Assembly: GCA_963823665.1 (NCBI GenBank)
Contig: CAWGMQ010000007.1
Location: forward strand, 768,001-832,000
Origin: an uncultured Planctomycetota bacterium
Lineage (GTDB): Bacteria > Planctomycetota > Planctomycetia > Isosphaerales > Isosphaeraceae
Reading direction: 5' to 3'
Length of the DNA: 64,000 bases
This document shows positions 10,604-21,069 of this stretch, one piece after another. The notes beneath the pieces were generated by a model. The model saw only the letters and a program-made list of their open reading frames with translations, did not search any database and had not been told where the DNA came from. The number at the start of each line of letters is the position of its first letter. Positions within the stretch are counted from its first letter, which is position 1. The position numbers and the translations under genes were made by a program.

Positions 10604-13600
10604 TCATCCCGCCTCTCGCCGATCGAGAATCTCGAGCATCCGCTTGATAGATTCCTTGCGGTCAGGCCGCGTCGGCGGCGTGGTGAAGTCTAGCTCCAGG
10701 TTCCGTTCTTGAGCGTAGCGAACGAACGCCCAGTGATTGCTGAAACGTCGGCCGTAGCGGTTGCCGAGCTGATCGAGCACAACCCGGCGAGCCTGGCCGA
10801 AGCACGTCGGCATCTTGAGCAGCTCAACGAGCTCCTGCGTCGTGAGCGGGCATGGCACGGGTTCAGCGGCGACACGTTGCGCGATGATCGGTCCCACGGG
10901 AAATGGGGCGAACGCGAGCGCGGTCCTCGTTGCGGTTCGAAGGGCGACCCCGGTCCCATCTGCGTCTGCAAGCATTCGGGGTAGTGTTGGACGCCAGTCG
11001 TAGTCCGTCCGTCCAGGATCGTCATTCGCATCCGGCCCCGAGCAAAACTGCGCGGCGATTTCCCAAGCCAATCGATGAGCCACGCCACGACCGAGATGCG
11101 GCAGTAATGCTGGGACGAGATCGTACAGCTTATCAGCATCGCTCGGCTCTAGTCGGGTCAGCGAGACGCGTCGCGCCTTCGTCGCGAGGTTCTTTGGTGA
11201 TATCGACTTCAGAGCTGACCGGGCGAGGTCTGTGCTCATCCGCCTAGCCCCCGCCGAGTCCGACATCCTCATAACGCGCGGAATGCCATCCGCCAATTCC
11301 AAACAGACAGCACGATTCGTCTCTCGCTCAAGTGCGCTCGCGAGGAAGCGCAGACTTTCAGCCGGATCCAGGATCTTGGCCGTCTTCGCCACAAGGCGCG
11401 CGATCGTCCAGCCGTCTCCACGGCCAGTTGCGGCATTTAGCTCGTCCGTGATTAACCGAGCGAGTCGGCCGTAGAACACCGATTGATCGCTTGGGGAAGT
11501 GTGGTCGGCGGCCGCCAGCACGATCAACAGTAAAGCACGGCGTTTGATTGGATCCTTTTCGCGGTCCAGTGCATTCAGCCAAACCACGGCCGCTTGATTC
11601 GCAAACGCGTGGCTAGTCTTCGGCGCAAGCTTTGAGACAACTTCGACCCAATCGCACCAATCCAACCCAAGCAAGACTTCCGCGACTTCCCTTGCATACG
11701 GGCCGCACACCTCAGTCCAGTCGGCGGGTTCCATGTTCTTACCAACCACGCCCAGGGCCGCCATTAACCACCAGCGCACTTCGGCGTCTGTTTCCCGCCG
11801 GATGCCAGCCGCGATGATCCGCGCCGCACGAGCGGAATCCTTGGAGTCAAGTCCCCCGGCAACATTGCAAACACCTCCGGCAGTTAGAGAAGTCCAATCC
11901 CTGTCCATGCCTCGCTTTCGGCGTGTTTCCTTACTCTGCTGTTTGGCACGAAGGCCGAGTGCGCGAGCGATATCAACGCCTTGGTCGTGAGGAGCTCGAA
12001 TTGCCATCGCGGCGAGTCCGCGCGCGAGTGGGAACTCCGCGTTCTGATCGACCTGTTTCTCGATTGCCGCGGTTAACTTCTTGGCGACTGCGCCACACGT
12101 CCGCGCAGACTCGTCAACACCGACGAGGTCGATCACGGCGCCGAGGCTGGCCGCAAGCTCCCCGAGAATTACCGGGTCTTTTTCCTTTTCGATCAGCTTC
12201 ATCAATGTCCTCGCCACCGGCGCCCATGCCTTGGCGACGACGAACTGATTACTCTGCCTTTTCAGCGAGCGAAATAGGGAGCGGAGGATGTACGAATTCA
12301 CCCGTTTGTCATCATCCGCATAGTCCTTCTCGATTTTCGCCGCGAACATTCGAGCAAGCTCGGTGTGAATCGAGGCGGCATCGCTCGCCTGCCGCCGATC
12401 CACGACGGACAGAATGATCTCGGCGTATTTCATGGCCGTGAAAGGATTTTCAGATCTTAAGGCGAGTAGGCCGTCTGCGATGCGGGCGGCGGCGGCAGCA
12501 TCGGCGCGACTTACCGTCTCCGCAAGGAGTTGGGTAACCTCGACCTTGGAGTTCCATGTCGCGTTGTTTTCGGCAAGGAACTCGAAGATCACTCTAGCGG
12601 TCACATCGGGCCCTTGTCGGAACAACGGTTCTTTCAGATAACTCACAAAAGCGGGCTGCGGCAGGTCATCAATTAGGGCCCTGCCGTACAGGAAATCGAG
12701 GACTTTTAACGCTCGCCCGCAATGTCCCCTGGTCCTGCCCTGCACGGTAGCGGCGTCGCCCAACGAGTCTGTTTTCAGTGCCACGCCCGGGTTCGCTTCC
12801 CGAAGGACTACCGCGTCGAGCAATGGAATTGCGACTTCCTGGTCCAATCGCGAATAAAGCTTCCATGTGTGCGTCGACCAAGCCCCATCTGATTCTTTGA
12901 ACTCTTCTCCTCCAATCGCCTTGAAGATGCAGTTAGAGTAGTTCTGCGTACGGGGGTTAGCCTGGGCCTGGAGCTCTATCGCGACAAGCGCTAGATCGCA
13001 CTTCTGCTCGACGGTGGCCTCCGAGTTCAGGATGCGACTGTCCAAGAGCTTTTCCCCGAGTTCACGATTCCGCGGGTTCAGGCCAATCGCCGCGATGAGT
13101 GCTGGCTCCGATCTAGCTCGGAGCTCGCGGCGCGAACGGGATCGCGAGTAGCCTGGTCGAGAAAGCGAAGGCCCATGTCGGTATTTCCTAACTCCGCGAG
13201 CTCCCACAGTGCCTCGCTCTCTGGCACCGATAACCACGGTTTGCCCTCTCCATCCGGGTCCAGCGACTGAACGAAACTTCGCGCCAGCAACTCCTCAGCC
13301 CGCGCCCGCTCTCGACTCTCCGCTACGGCTCGCCGCGACGCCTGCACCGCGAAATACATCGATACCACTATCCCCACCAGCAACGAAGCAGCCACCGCCG
13401 TGATCAATCCGCTCACAACAGGGTTCCGCCGGCACCATAACGAAAATCGTTCGAGCCGCCCCACGGGCCGCGCGTGAATCGGCTCCCCGTTCAGCCACCT
13501 CTCCAAATCCTCCCCGAGCGCTTCCGCCGACGCATACCTTCTCCCCGGCTCCTTCTCCAAACACTTAAGGACCACCGTCTCCAAATCACAATCAAGCCCC

Positions 13601-14546
13601 GGCCGAATCGTCGACGGCCGCGGCGGCGCGGATTCCCGGCCTGCCTCATGAGCGTCAGCGGATTCTCGCCCATAAACGGCGTTCGACCTGTCAGTCTCTC
13701 GTAAAGAATGACACCCAGGCTGTAGATGTCTGCTGCAACGGTCAGCCCCCTCTCGCCGGCGGCCTGCTCCGGAGCCATATATCTCGGCGTGCCCAATACC
13801 TGGCCGGTCTCGGTAAGCGATTGGTCACCGCCGGCGAGCCGCTTCGCCAGTCCAAAGTCGGCAACGAGCCGAGCTCCCTGCGAATCCACCAGTACGTTGG
13901 AGGGCTTCAAGTCGCGGTGCAACACGCCACGCTGGTGCGCAAAATGCACGGCGCGTATCACGTCGACCATTCCCTGGACCTCCGCGCGCACGTCGCCCCG
14001 CGGAAGTTTCGCGAGCGATGTTCCGTCCACGAACTTCATCGCGTAGTACTGCTGCCCTTCGTGCTCACCCACCTCGTAGATCGGCACGATGTGAGGGTGG
14101 TCGAGTGCTGCGGCTGCTTCGGCCTCCGCCCGGAAGCGAGCCACAGGCTTGTCGTCGGCGAATGTGCCTTGGAGGATCGTCTTGATCGCGACTAGACGGT
14201 TCAGCGAAACTTGCCGCGCCCTGAATACGATCCCCATCCCACCGCGCGCGATCTCCTCGAGCAACTCGTAATCCCCGAAATACCGCACGGTCGGGAACGC
14301 CGCAGAGTCTTGAGCGTCGACCGCGCTCGTCGCATCTAGCAGGCCGGCGATGCGCAACGGCGAAGCGACCCTGTCCATACGGTCGAGGTCTGCGAAAAAT
14401 GCGCAAAGCGCGTCGGCGTGTGCCGGGTGCCGATCCACCAGAACTTCGCGGTTCGGAGCACCTCCGGTCTCTACGGCCACCATGTACGCGGCAATCACCG
14501 CATCGAGCGAGTCATGCGACATCGTCGGATCGTTGGGTGCGCCCAC
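10604..14546 (-). CDS. Planctomycete Ser/Thr protein kinase with TM helix and long helical-repeat C-terminus; frameshifts near 13637 and 13130
   Basis: IARGGMGIVF, VAIK, HRDLKPSN, DFGLAK, GTPRYMAPE, DLETVVLKCLEKEP, TM (LITAVAASLLVGIVVSMYFA), then the 10604..13237 frame. Confidence 0.85.
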
Positions 14547-14570
14547 GTTTCACTCCCAAAGTCTTGCGGT

Positions 14571-14600
14571 GTAGCAGGCACGCGCCGTGTGCCGTCCGCC
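14571..14600 (+). repeat. GTAG-type REP-like palindrome, copy A2
   Basis: GTAGCAGGCACGCGCCGTGTGCCGTCCGCC: GTAG tetranucleotide followed by a GGCAC/GTGCC hairpin. Confidence 0.7.
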
Positions 14601-14981
14601 GCCCTTACCGGCACGGTACGCCGGCATGGGTTTGCGTCGAGCCCATACCGTGAAAGTGCGCGAATAATGTCCCGTCCGGTTAAGCGACCGCCCAGAGGCT
14701 CACACAGATCGTTACGCCTCTTTCGAATAAGACGACGTTCTCTTGCCGTCGAACCACGATTTTTCCACTAATTATCAGATTCGGCAACGATTGATCACCG
14801 CATCGCTGCCGGTCATGCACTCGCATCCTCGCAGTCGTTGAACGGCAAGTCCGCAACTGGCCGCCCGCAAACCGGACGAGTAATTCGGCGCGAGTTGCTA
14901 TCGGCGCAACACGTGATGCGCCCCGCCCGCATCACGCCCTTGGGCAGTAAGATCTCCGAGAAGCCCCTCGGTCCGGATCCG

Positions 14982-15212
14982 TCAATCCCGCAATGGGTAG
15001 GCGTGGACCTGCTTAAGCGTTTCCGCGGCATAGTAGAGTGCGGCCTGAACGTCGTCCCCGGTCAGGTGTGGGTAATTCAAGAGAATCTGCTCGCGCGACC
15101 ACCCGTTTGCCATGAGCTCCACGAGGAACTCCGCAGCAATCCGCGTCCCTTTGATCACCGGCTTGCCGACAAGCATTTTCGGGTCAACGCTGATTCGGTC
15201 CTGCCAGTCCAT
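14982..15212 (-). CDS. DUF433 domain protein (antitoxin-like)
   Basis: RISVDPKMLVGKPVIKGTRI...ILLNYPHLTGDDVQAAL; GGAGG RBS. Confidence 0.9.
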   Translation of the reverse strand: MDWQDRISVDPKMLVGKPVIKGTRIAAEFLVELMANGWSREQILLNYPHLTGDDVQAALYYAAETLKQVHAYPLRD

Positions 15213-15309
15213 CGTCTTGGACCTCCTCCACGTGCCACTTGATCACGACGCTCTCGTCGACGAACAGCGATGAGACCGTGGTCACCCGCGATCCCCCGCC
15301 GCCGCTCAT
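15184..15309 (-). pseudogene. Truncated VapC/PIN toxin N-terminus (41 aa)
   Basis: Its ATG overlaps the antitoxin stop (ATGA). Translation MSGGGGSRVTTVSSLFVDESVVIKWHVEEVQDD... matches the PIN start motif VDASVxIKW, then runs into the DUF433 gene. Confidence 0.65.
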
Positions 15310-15551
15310 CGCGCTCGATCCTCGGCCAGCAGCGCGGTGCTGTCAGTCTGACGCCTGTCCCCGAGGGTGGCGCGGACTTTCTCTGCTAAAACGCGGTAGG
15401 TCGACCGAGAACACCGCGACGACCGCGCGAGCGCTGCCTGCTCCAAGCGGAGCTTCAACTCGGCCTGCAAGGTTCGACCACTTTCACGAGCACGGGCCTC
15501 GAGTTGCTCGACAGTGATCTGGTCCAGGTCGCTGGCCAAGATCTCGGACAT
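15306..15551 (-). CDS. FitA-like ribbon-helix-helix antitoxin
   Basis: MSEILASDLDQITVEQLEARARESGRTLQAELKLRLEQAA...TDSTALLAEDRAR. Confidence 0.8.
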   Translation of the reverse strand: MSEILASDLDQITVEQLEARARESGRTLQAELKLRLEQAALARSSRCSRSTYRVLAEKVRATLGDRRQTDSTALLAEDRAR

Positions 15552-15626
15552 GGCAACTTCCAACCCCGCATTTCCTGAATCCTTACGTGATGTTATCACA
15601 CGCTCGAGATTCGTTCCAGCGCCACA

Positions 15627-17027
15627 TCACCCATGCCCGCCGCCTCCCGTCAGCTCGCGCACGATATCTCCTACAAACGAGCGGGCATCACCAAAGAGCA
15701 TTAGCGTCTGATCGAGGTAATACAGCGGATTGTCAATGCCCGCAAACCCCGGGCTCATCCCGCGCTTGATCACCATCACGGTGCGCGCCTTGTCGACATC
15801 CAGGATCGGCATGCCGTAAATTGGGCTCGAGGTGTCGTTTCTGGCGGCCGGGTTCGTCACGTCGTTGGCGCCGATCACGAGCGCCACATCGGTTTGCGGG
15901 AAATCGCCGTTGATCTGGTCCATATCGAGCAATTTGTCGTAGGGGATATCGGCCTCGGCCAGCAACACGTTCATGTGCCCGGGCATCCGGCCGGCAACCG
16001 GATGGATGCCGAAACTGACATCCACCCCGCGCTTCGTGAGCGAGTCATACAGCTCCCGCACCTTGTGCTGGGCCTGCGCCACGGCCATACCATAGCCGGG
16101 AACGATGATCACCTTGCTGGCCGCCGAAAGAATTGCAGCCGCTTCTTCCGGCGTCGCGCTCTTCACCGGCTTGGCGTCGCCCCCACCGGCTGCCGCGGCT
16201 TGCTCCTGCCCGAATGCCCCGAAGAGCACATTCGTGAACGAGCGATTCATCGCCTTCGACATGTTGACCGACAGAATGAAGCCCGATGCACCGTCGAGCG
16301 CGCCGGCAACGATCAACAGCTTGTTGTCGAGGACAAATCCCATCGCCGCCGCCGAAAGACCCGCGTACGAATTCAGCAGCGAGATCACCGTCGGCATATC
16401 CGCGCCGCCGATGGGCACGATCATCAGCACGCCGAAGATCAAGGGAATGATAATGATCAGCGGGAATAGCCAGCTTGTCCCGGGATGGAACGTCAGGTAC
16501 GCGGCGATCAGCAGGGAAACGCCCAGGACCGAAAGATTGGCGATATTCTGGCCCTTGAACGTGATGGGACGCTGGGGCAGGATCTCCTGCAGCTTGCCCG
16601 CCGCCATGAGACTGCCCGTGAACGTCAGCGAACCCAGTATCACCTCAAGCCCCAGCACGCCCATCGTGAACCGTTCGATCTTCGGGGTGTTGAGGTAGAA
16701 CTCGGCGGTGCCGACTAAGGTCACGCAGAGCGCACCGAAGGCATGGGAAAGCGCCGTTCGCTGCGGAACGGCGGTCATCTTCACCAGTCCCAGCCAGTAG
16801 CCGATGATCGAGCCCACGATCAGCCCGGCCGCGATGCCCCGGTAGTCGACGATTTCATGGTGAAAAAGAGTTCCCACGATCGCCAGGAGCATGCCCAGCT
16901 CGCCAGCCCAGACACCGCGGCGAGCGGTCGTCGGTGAGCTCATCCACTTGAGCGAGAGGATGAACAGGCCCGTGGCAATCAGGTAGGCGATCTCGATGAT
17001 ATGTTCGCGGCCGATCATGGCGATCAC
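15627..17027 (-). CDS. pntB: NAD(P) transhydrogenase subunit beta
   Basis: GGADMPTVISLLNSYAG, KAMNRS, PGYGMAVAQAQH, HPVAGRMPGHMNVLLAEA. Confidence 0.97.
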   Translation of the reverse strand: MIAMIGREHIIEIAYLIATGLFILSLKWMSSPTTARRGVWAGELGMLLAIVGTLFHHEIVDYRGIAAGLIVGSIIGYWLGLVKMTAVPQRTALSHAFGALCVTLVGTAEFYLNTPKIERFTMGVLGLEVILGSLTFTGSLMAAGKLQEILPQRPITFKGQNIANLSVLGVSLLIAAYLTFHPGTSWLFPLIIIIPLIFGVLMIVPIGGADMPTVISLLNSYAGLSAAAMGFVLDNKLLIVAGALDGASGFILSVNMSKAMNRSFTNVLFGAFGQEQAAAAGGGDAKPVKSATPEEAAAILSAASKVIIVPGYGMAVAQAQHKVRELYDSLTKRGVDVSFGIHPVAGRMPGHMNVLLAEADIPYDKLLDMDQINGDFPQTDVALVIGANDVTNPAARNDTSSPIYGMPILDVDKARTVMVIKRGMSPGFAGIDNPLYYLDQTLMLFGDARSFVGDIVRELTGGGGHG

Positions 17028-17326
17028 TTTTTCCTGGGGCCGCTGGATTTGAACATCTTGAGCATTCGGTCCGTGATCACGAACCCGCCCACCACGTTGC
17101 TCGTTGCGGCTATGATCGCAATCGTGCCGAGAAGTGTCGTGAAGGGATTTTGCCGCGATCCCGCCAGAATAATCGCACCCACGACCGCGATCGCATCCAG
17201 CGCGTTCGTCAGCGACATGAGAGGCGTGTGGAGCAGGGGGGAGACCCGCCTGATCACTTCAAATCCAATAAACCCTGCCAGCATGAAAACGTACAAACTC
17301 GTGACAAGGTCGAGCTTCACTTCCAC
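17024..17326 (-). CDS. pntA: NAD(P) transhydrogenase subunit alpha, membrane part (split alpha 2)
   Basis: LHTPLMSLTNAL, NVVGGFVITDRMLKMF. Confidence 0.95.
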   Translation of the reverse strand: MEVKLDLVTSLYVFMLAGFIGFEVIRRVSPLLHTPLMSLTNALDAIAVVGAIILAGSRQNPFTTLLGTIAIIAATSNVVGGFVITDRMLKMFKSSGPRKK

Positions 17327-17328
17327 TT

Positions 17329-18492
17329 TCAGACCTCCTTCGGAGCCGAGAAGAACTCGAGCACGCGCGTGTTGACGACCTGGCCACCCTCGGTCAATAA
17401 AGTCTCGCGGATGATCTCGTCAGCTCGATTGAGCACGAGCTTGCCGTCCTTCACGAGATGGAGCAGAAAGGCACTCAAGTTTTTTGCATACATCTGGCTG
17501 GCGTGATAGGGCACGGTGCTGGCGAGGTTGAACCAGCCGATCACCGTCACGCCGTACTCGACGATCATCTCGCCGGGTTTGGTCACCTCGCAGTTTCCTC
17601 CACGCTCGGCGGCCATGTCGATCACAACCGACCCTGGCGCCATCCGGGAGACCGCCTTGCGCGTGACCAGCACCGGCGATTTCTTGCCGGGAATCACGGC
17701 GGCGCTGATCACCACGTCACTCTGCGAAACGACCTGCCCCAGAAGCTCGCGCTGGCGGTCGTAGAACGTCTCATCCTGGGCCTTGCCGTAGCCGCGGGCG
17801 TCCTGGGCGTCGGTGGCCTCGATCGCCAGCTCGACAAAACGGCCTCCGAGGCTTTGGACCTGCTCCTTGGATGCAGCCCGCATGTCATACGCCGAGACTA
17901 CTGCGCCCAGTCGCTTCGCCGTCGCGATGGCCTGCAACCCCGCCACGCCGGCGCCGATCACGAGCACCCGGGCCGGCGTGATCGTGCCGGCCGCGGTCGT
18001 CATCATCGGGAAGAGCCGCGGCAGCAGATCGGCGGCCACCACGACGGACTTGTACCCGGAGATGGTGGCCATCGACGACAGGGCATCCATACTTTGCGCG
18101 CGAGTCGTGCGCGGCATCAGCTCGACCGAGAACGACGTGACGCCGCGCTCGGCGATGTCCCGCGCCGTCTGGAGCGTCCCCAGCGGCCTCTGGAATCCGA
18201 TCAAGATCTGATCGCGACGCAGGAGCGGCAGGTCTTCATGGCCCGTCGCGTCGTTCGAGCCGTGACAGAGCACCTGCAAAATGATCTCGGCCGTCCCGAA
18301 GATGTCCGCACGTGCCGGCAGAATCTTGGCACCCCGCGCGGTGTATTCGGAATCGGGAAATCCCGCACTCGCGCCCGCCCCGGCTTCCACGACGACCTCG
18401 AGTCCGGCCTTGGTCAGAAGGGGCACGACCGCAGGAACCATCGCCACCCGCCGCTCGCCGGGAAAGATCTCTCGAGGGATTCCAACGATCAT
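17329..18492 (-). CDS. pntA: NAD(P) transhydrogenase subunit alpha, NAD(H)-binding part (split alpha 1)
   Basis: GERRVAMVP, RAQSMDALSS, GAGVAGLQAIATAKRLGA, ERGGNCE. Confidence 0.95.
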   Translation of the reverse strand: MIVGIPREIFPGERRVAMVPAVVPLLTKAGLEVVVEAGAGASAGFPDSEYTARGAKILPARADIFGTAEIILQVLCHGSNDATGHEDLPLLRRDQILIGFQRPLGTLQTARDIAERGVTSFSVELMPRTTRAQSMDALSSMATISGYKSVVVAADLLPRLFPMMTTAAGTITPARVLVIGAGVAGLQAIATAKRLGAVVSAYDMRAASKEQVQSLGGRFVELAIEATDAQDARGYGKAQDETFYDRQRELLGQVVSQSDVVISAAVIPGKKSPVLVTRKAVSRMAPGSVVIDMAAERGGNCEVTKPGEMIVEYGVTVIGWFNLASTVPYHASQMYAKNLSAFLLHLVKDGKLVLNRADEIIRETLLTEGGQVVNTRVLEFFSAPKEV

Positions 18493-18653
18493 GAAAAAGG
18501 CTCCGACCGATGAATTCCCGGATGCAAAGTCGCACGCGGCGCACCCCGCCGCACCGGGACGCGGTGAAAAGAGAGCGTGTAGGATAACGGATAGGTTGGA
18601 AGGGAGAAAGCCTGTATCGCCGCCGGGCCAGTCGCTCGCTCGAGAGATTCTGC

Positions 18654-19364
18654 CTATTCGTGAGTCTTCTCGTGGGTCACAGCCCGGAGCTTGATATATT
18701 CTTCAAGTGAAAACTGGTCGGAACGGCAACTCTCGAGCAGCGGCCGCTCGCGCCGCTCGACTTCCGCGCACGCTTCGGCCAGCCGCGGTGCGATCGCGTG
18801 CGGAATCAAGCACACTCCGTGCTTGTCGGCGTGGATCAAGTCGCCACTACGGATTTCCGTGCCCAGCATATTCACGGGCGTTCCAAAGGCGACGAGTCGA
18901 ACGTAGGCGTGGCTCACGCACGGATTGAGTCCGAAGAGCTGGAAACCCAGTGCGCGAACCTCGTCGAGGTCGCGCGGGCAACCGCTGGTGATGTGGCCGA
19001 CGCAGCCGAGCTTTTGATGAATGGTCGCCGTCACCTCGCCGAACTGAGCCCCCAGGCCCGGCGGTTCGTCGCGATCCCAGCCCACCGCGATCTTGGGCCC
19101 GGCCATCCCCGCCACGTACCGCAGGTAGTCACCCAGCAAATCGGTTTTGGGCTCTCCAGGCTCGGGCACCGCCGCGCGGGTCTGTGAGGTCACCGCGTAA
19201 CCGACGATCGGCCCCAGCTCAGGAAGCAGGCAGCGGATCTGATGCGGAAGGAAGCCGGCGTGCCGCGGACGCACGTCAAACAGCTCGATCGCGTTCGAGA
19301 TCGTCGGCGTGTTATACCGGCGCAACTGGTCCAGGTCTGCGGCAGTGAGCACCGAGGTCGCCAT
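18654..19364 (-). CDS. RraA/HMG aldolase family protein
   Basis: TPTISNAIE, FGEV, GCPRDLDE, GDLIHADKHGV. Confidence 0.88.
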   Translation of the reverse strand: MATSVLTAADLDQLRRYNTPTISNAIELFDVRPRHAGFLPHQIRCLLPELGPIVGYAVTSQTRAAVPEPGEPKTDLLGDYLRYVAGMAGPKIAVGWDRDEPPGLGAQFGEVTATIHQKLGCVGHITSGCPRDLDEVRALGFQLFGLNPCVSHAYVRLVAFGTPVNMLGTEIRSGDLIHADKHGVCLIPHAIAPRLAEACAEVERRERPLLESCRSDQFSLEEYIKLRAVTHEKTHE

Positions 19365-19510
19365 GCGGGATTCCTGTCAAAGAGTTCAAAGAGAATCCCG
19401 GCCCTCAGGCTGCGGAATTCGTGAGGTGTGCCCAGGCTGCGCTTGGCCGTCGCCGCGCGAATCGCTAGGCTGGATTGATAATCGACCCTCCACCTTCTGG
19501 ATTTGATCCC

Positions 19511-20923
19511 ATGACTGATACCGAAGTCAATCCGCCTGCCCAGGGAACCGCGGAATCCGCGAAACCCGCACCCGCGAAGACCGCGTCTGCCTTGGATGCC
19601 GCCATCGACGCCGCGCTGGGCGGGGTGATGGGCCGAGCAAGCGGTGATATCGAGATCCTCGACCTGCCGCTCAAGCGTCAGTGGGACAGGGGTCTCGAAG
19701 CCGAGCTCGAGGCCGCAATGGCCGGGTTTGATGCCGCCGCCGTCGGCGGGCCGCCGCCAGGTGCCGCCCAGTCCGCCAAGCCCGCCCGCGATAGTCAAGA
19801 GCGGGGCCAGGAAATCAGCCCGGGCCTCCGCACCGGCAAGGTCATCGGCGTGCGCGGCAAGAGCATTTTCGTGGATCTGGGCGGAAAGAGCGAAGGCGTT
19901 CTCCCCGTCGCGGACTACGAGGGTGATCTGCCGCAGCCCGGTGCGTCGATCGAGGTCATGGTCGAACGCTTCGACCCGGAAGAAGGCCTGCTCATCCTGC
20001 GGCGCAAAGGTTCAGCGATCGACGCCGACTGGGAGACACTCCGTAAAGGCGTGATCGTCGAGGCACGTGTGACCAAGGCCGTCAAGGGCGGCCTCGAGGT
20101 CGACGTCGACGGCATCCGCGGCTTCTTGCCCATAAGCCAGCTCGACCTATCGCGCGTTGAGGATACAGCGTCCTACATCAATCAAAAGTTCAAGGCCCTG
20201 GTCACCGAGGCCAATCAGCGCGAGAAGAATCTCGTCGTCTCGCGCCGCGAGCTGCTGGAGCAGGAGCGCGCCGAGCAGCGCGAAAAAACCTGGGCCTCGC
20301 TCGAGGAAGGGCAGGTTCACGATGCCGTGGTCCGTTCGATCAAGGGCTTCGGCGCCTTTGTCGACATCGGCGGCGTCGATGGCCTCTTGCCCATCGGCGA
20401 GATGAGCTGGGGGCGCGTCTCCAAGGTCGACGAATTGCTCAAGACGGGCGATCAGGTGAAGGTGAAGGTCCTCAAGATCGACCGCACGACCCGCAAGCTC
20501 ACGCTCGGGCTGAAACAACTCTCTCCCAGCCCATGGGAAATGGTCGAGGCGAAATTCCCTCGCGGCGCGACAGTCAAGGGAAAGGTCACCCGGATCATGG
20601 AGTTCGGCGCCTTCGTCGAGCTCGAGCCCGGAATCGAAGGCCTGATCCACGTCTCGGAGCTCTCGCCCAACCGCGTGCGGCGAGTTTCGGATATCGTCAA
20701 ACCGGAGCAGGAGGTCGAGGTGCGCATCCTCAAAGTCGAGCCCGAAGCCCGCCGGATCGGCCTCTCACTTCGCCCCTCGCCCAAGGCACCCATCGCTCCG
20801 GCCGAGGAAGAGGAAGACGCCGAATCCGAAGTCGGCGCCGAAGCACCGCCTCCGCCCCGTCCCGAGCCGAAGGTCCCTCTCAAAGGCGGCCTCGGCGACC
20901 GCGACCGGCGGCAGAAGTCGTAG
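19511..20923 (+). CDS. S1 RNA-binding domain protein (ribosomal protein S1-like, four S1 domains)
   Basis: Repeats VDLGGKSEG, GFLPISQL, FGAFVDIGGVDGLL, FGAFVELEPGIEGLIHVSEL. It has a long N-terminal extension, so may be a paralogue rather than the main rpsA. Confidence 0.88.
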   Translation: MTDTEVNPPAQGTAESAKPAPAKTASALDAAIDAALGGVMGRASGDIEILDLPLKRQWDRGLEAELEAAMAGFDAAAVGGPPPGAAQSAKPARDSQERGQEISPGLRTGKVIGVRGKSIFVDLGGKSEGVLPVADYEGDLPQPGASIEVMVERFDPEEGLLILRRKGSAIDADWETLRKGVIVEARVTKAVKGGLEVDVDGIRGFLPISQLDLSRVEDTASYINQKFKALVTEANQREKNLVVSRRELLEQERAEQREKTWASLEEGQVHDAVVRSIKGFGAFVDIGGVDGLLPIGEMSWGRVSKVDELLKTGDQVKVKVLKIDRTTRKLTLGLKQLSPSPWEMVEAKFPRGATVKGKVTRIMEFGAFVELEPGIEGLIHVSELSPNRVRRVSDIVKPEQEVEVRILKVEPEARRIGLSLRPSPKAPIAPAEEEEDAESEVGAEAPPPPRPEPKVPLKGGLGDRDRRQKS

Positions 20924-20941
20924 GTGAGGCTTCAGCCTGAC
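20920..20941 (+). repeat. GTAG-type REP-like palindrome, copy B1
   Basis: GTAGGTGAGGCTTCAGCCTGAC overlapping the S1 stop codon; 19/22 identical to 24120-24141. Confidence 0.6.
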
Positions 20942-21001
20942 GATTTCCTCCAATAAAGTGCGTATGGTTGCGCCGCAGAAAAGCCGAATGAGGGCCGGAA
21001 G

Positions 21002-21069
21002 ATGTCGCGTTTCTCGAAGATCGCTCCCCGGCTCCGCGTAAACGACCTGGCGAGCGCGATTTGTCGGCG
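21002..21069 (+). pseudogene. Possible N-terminal stub of a VOC/glyoxalase-family gene
   Basis: MSRFSKIAPRLRVNDLASAI resembles the VOC first strand-helix; it breaks off at the convergent kinase stop. Confidence 0.4.
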
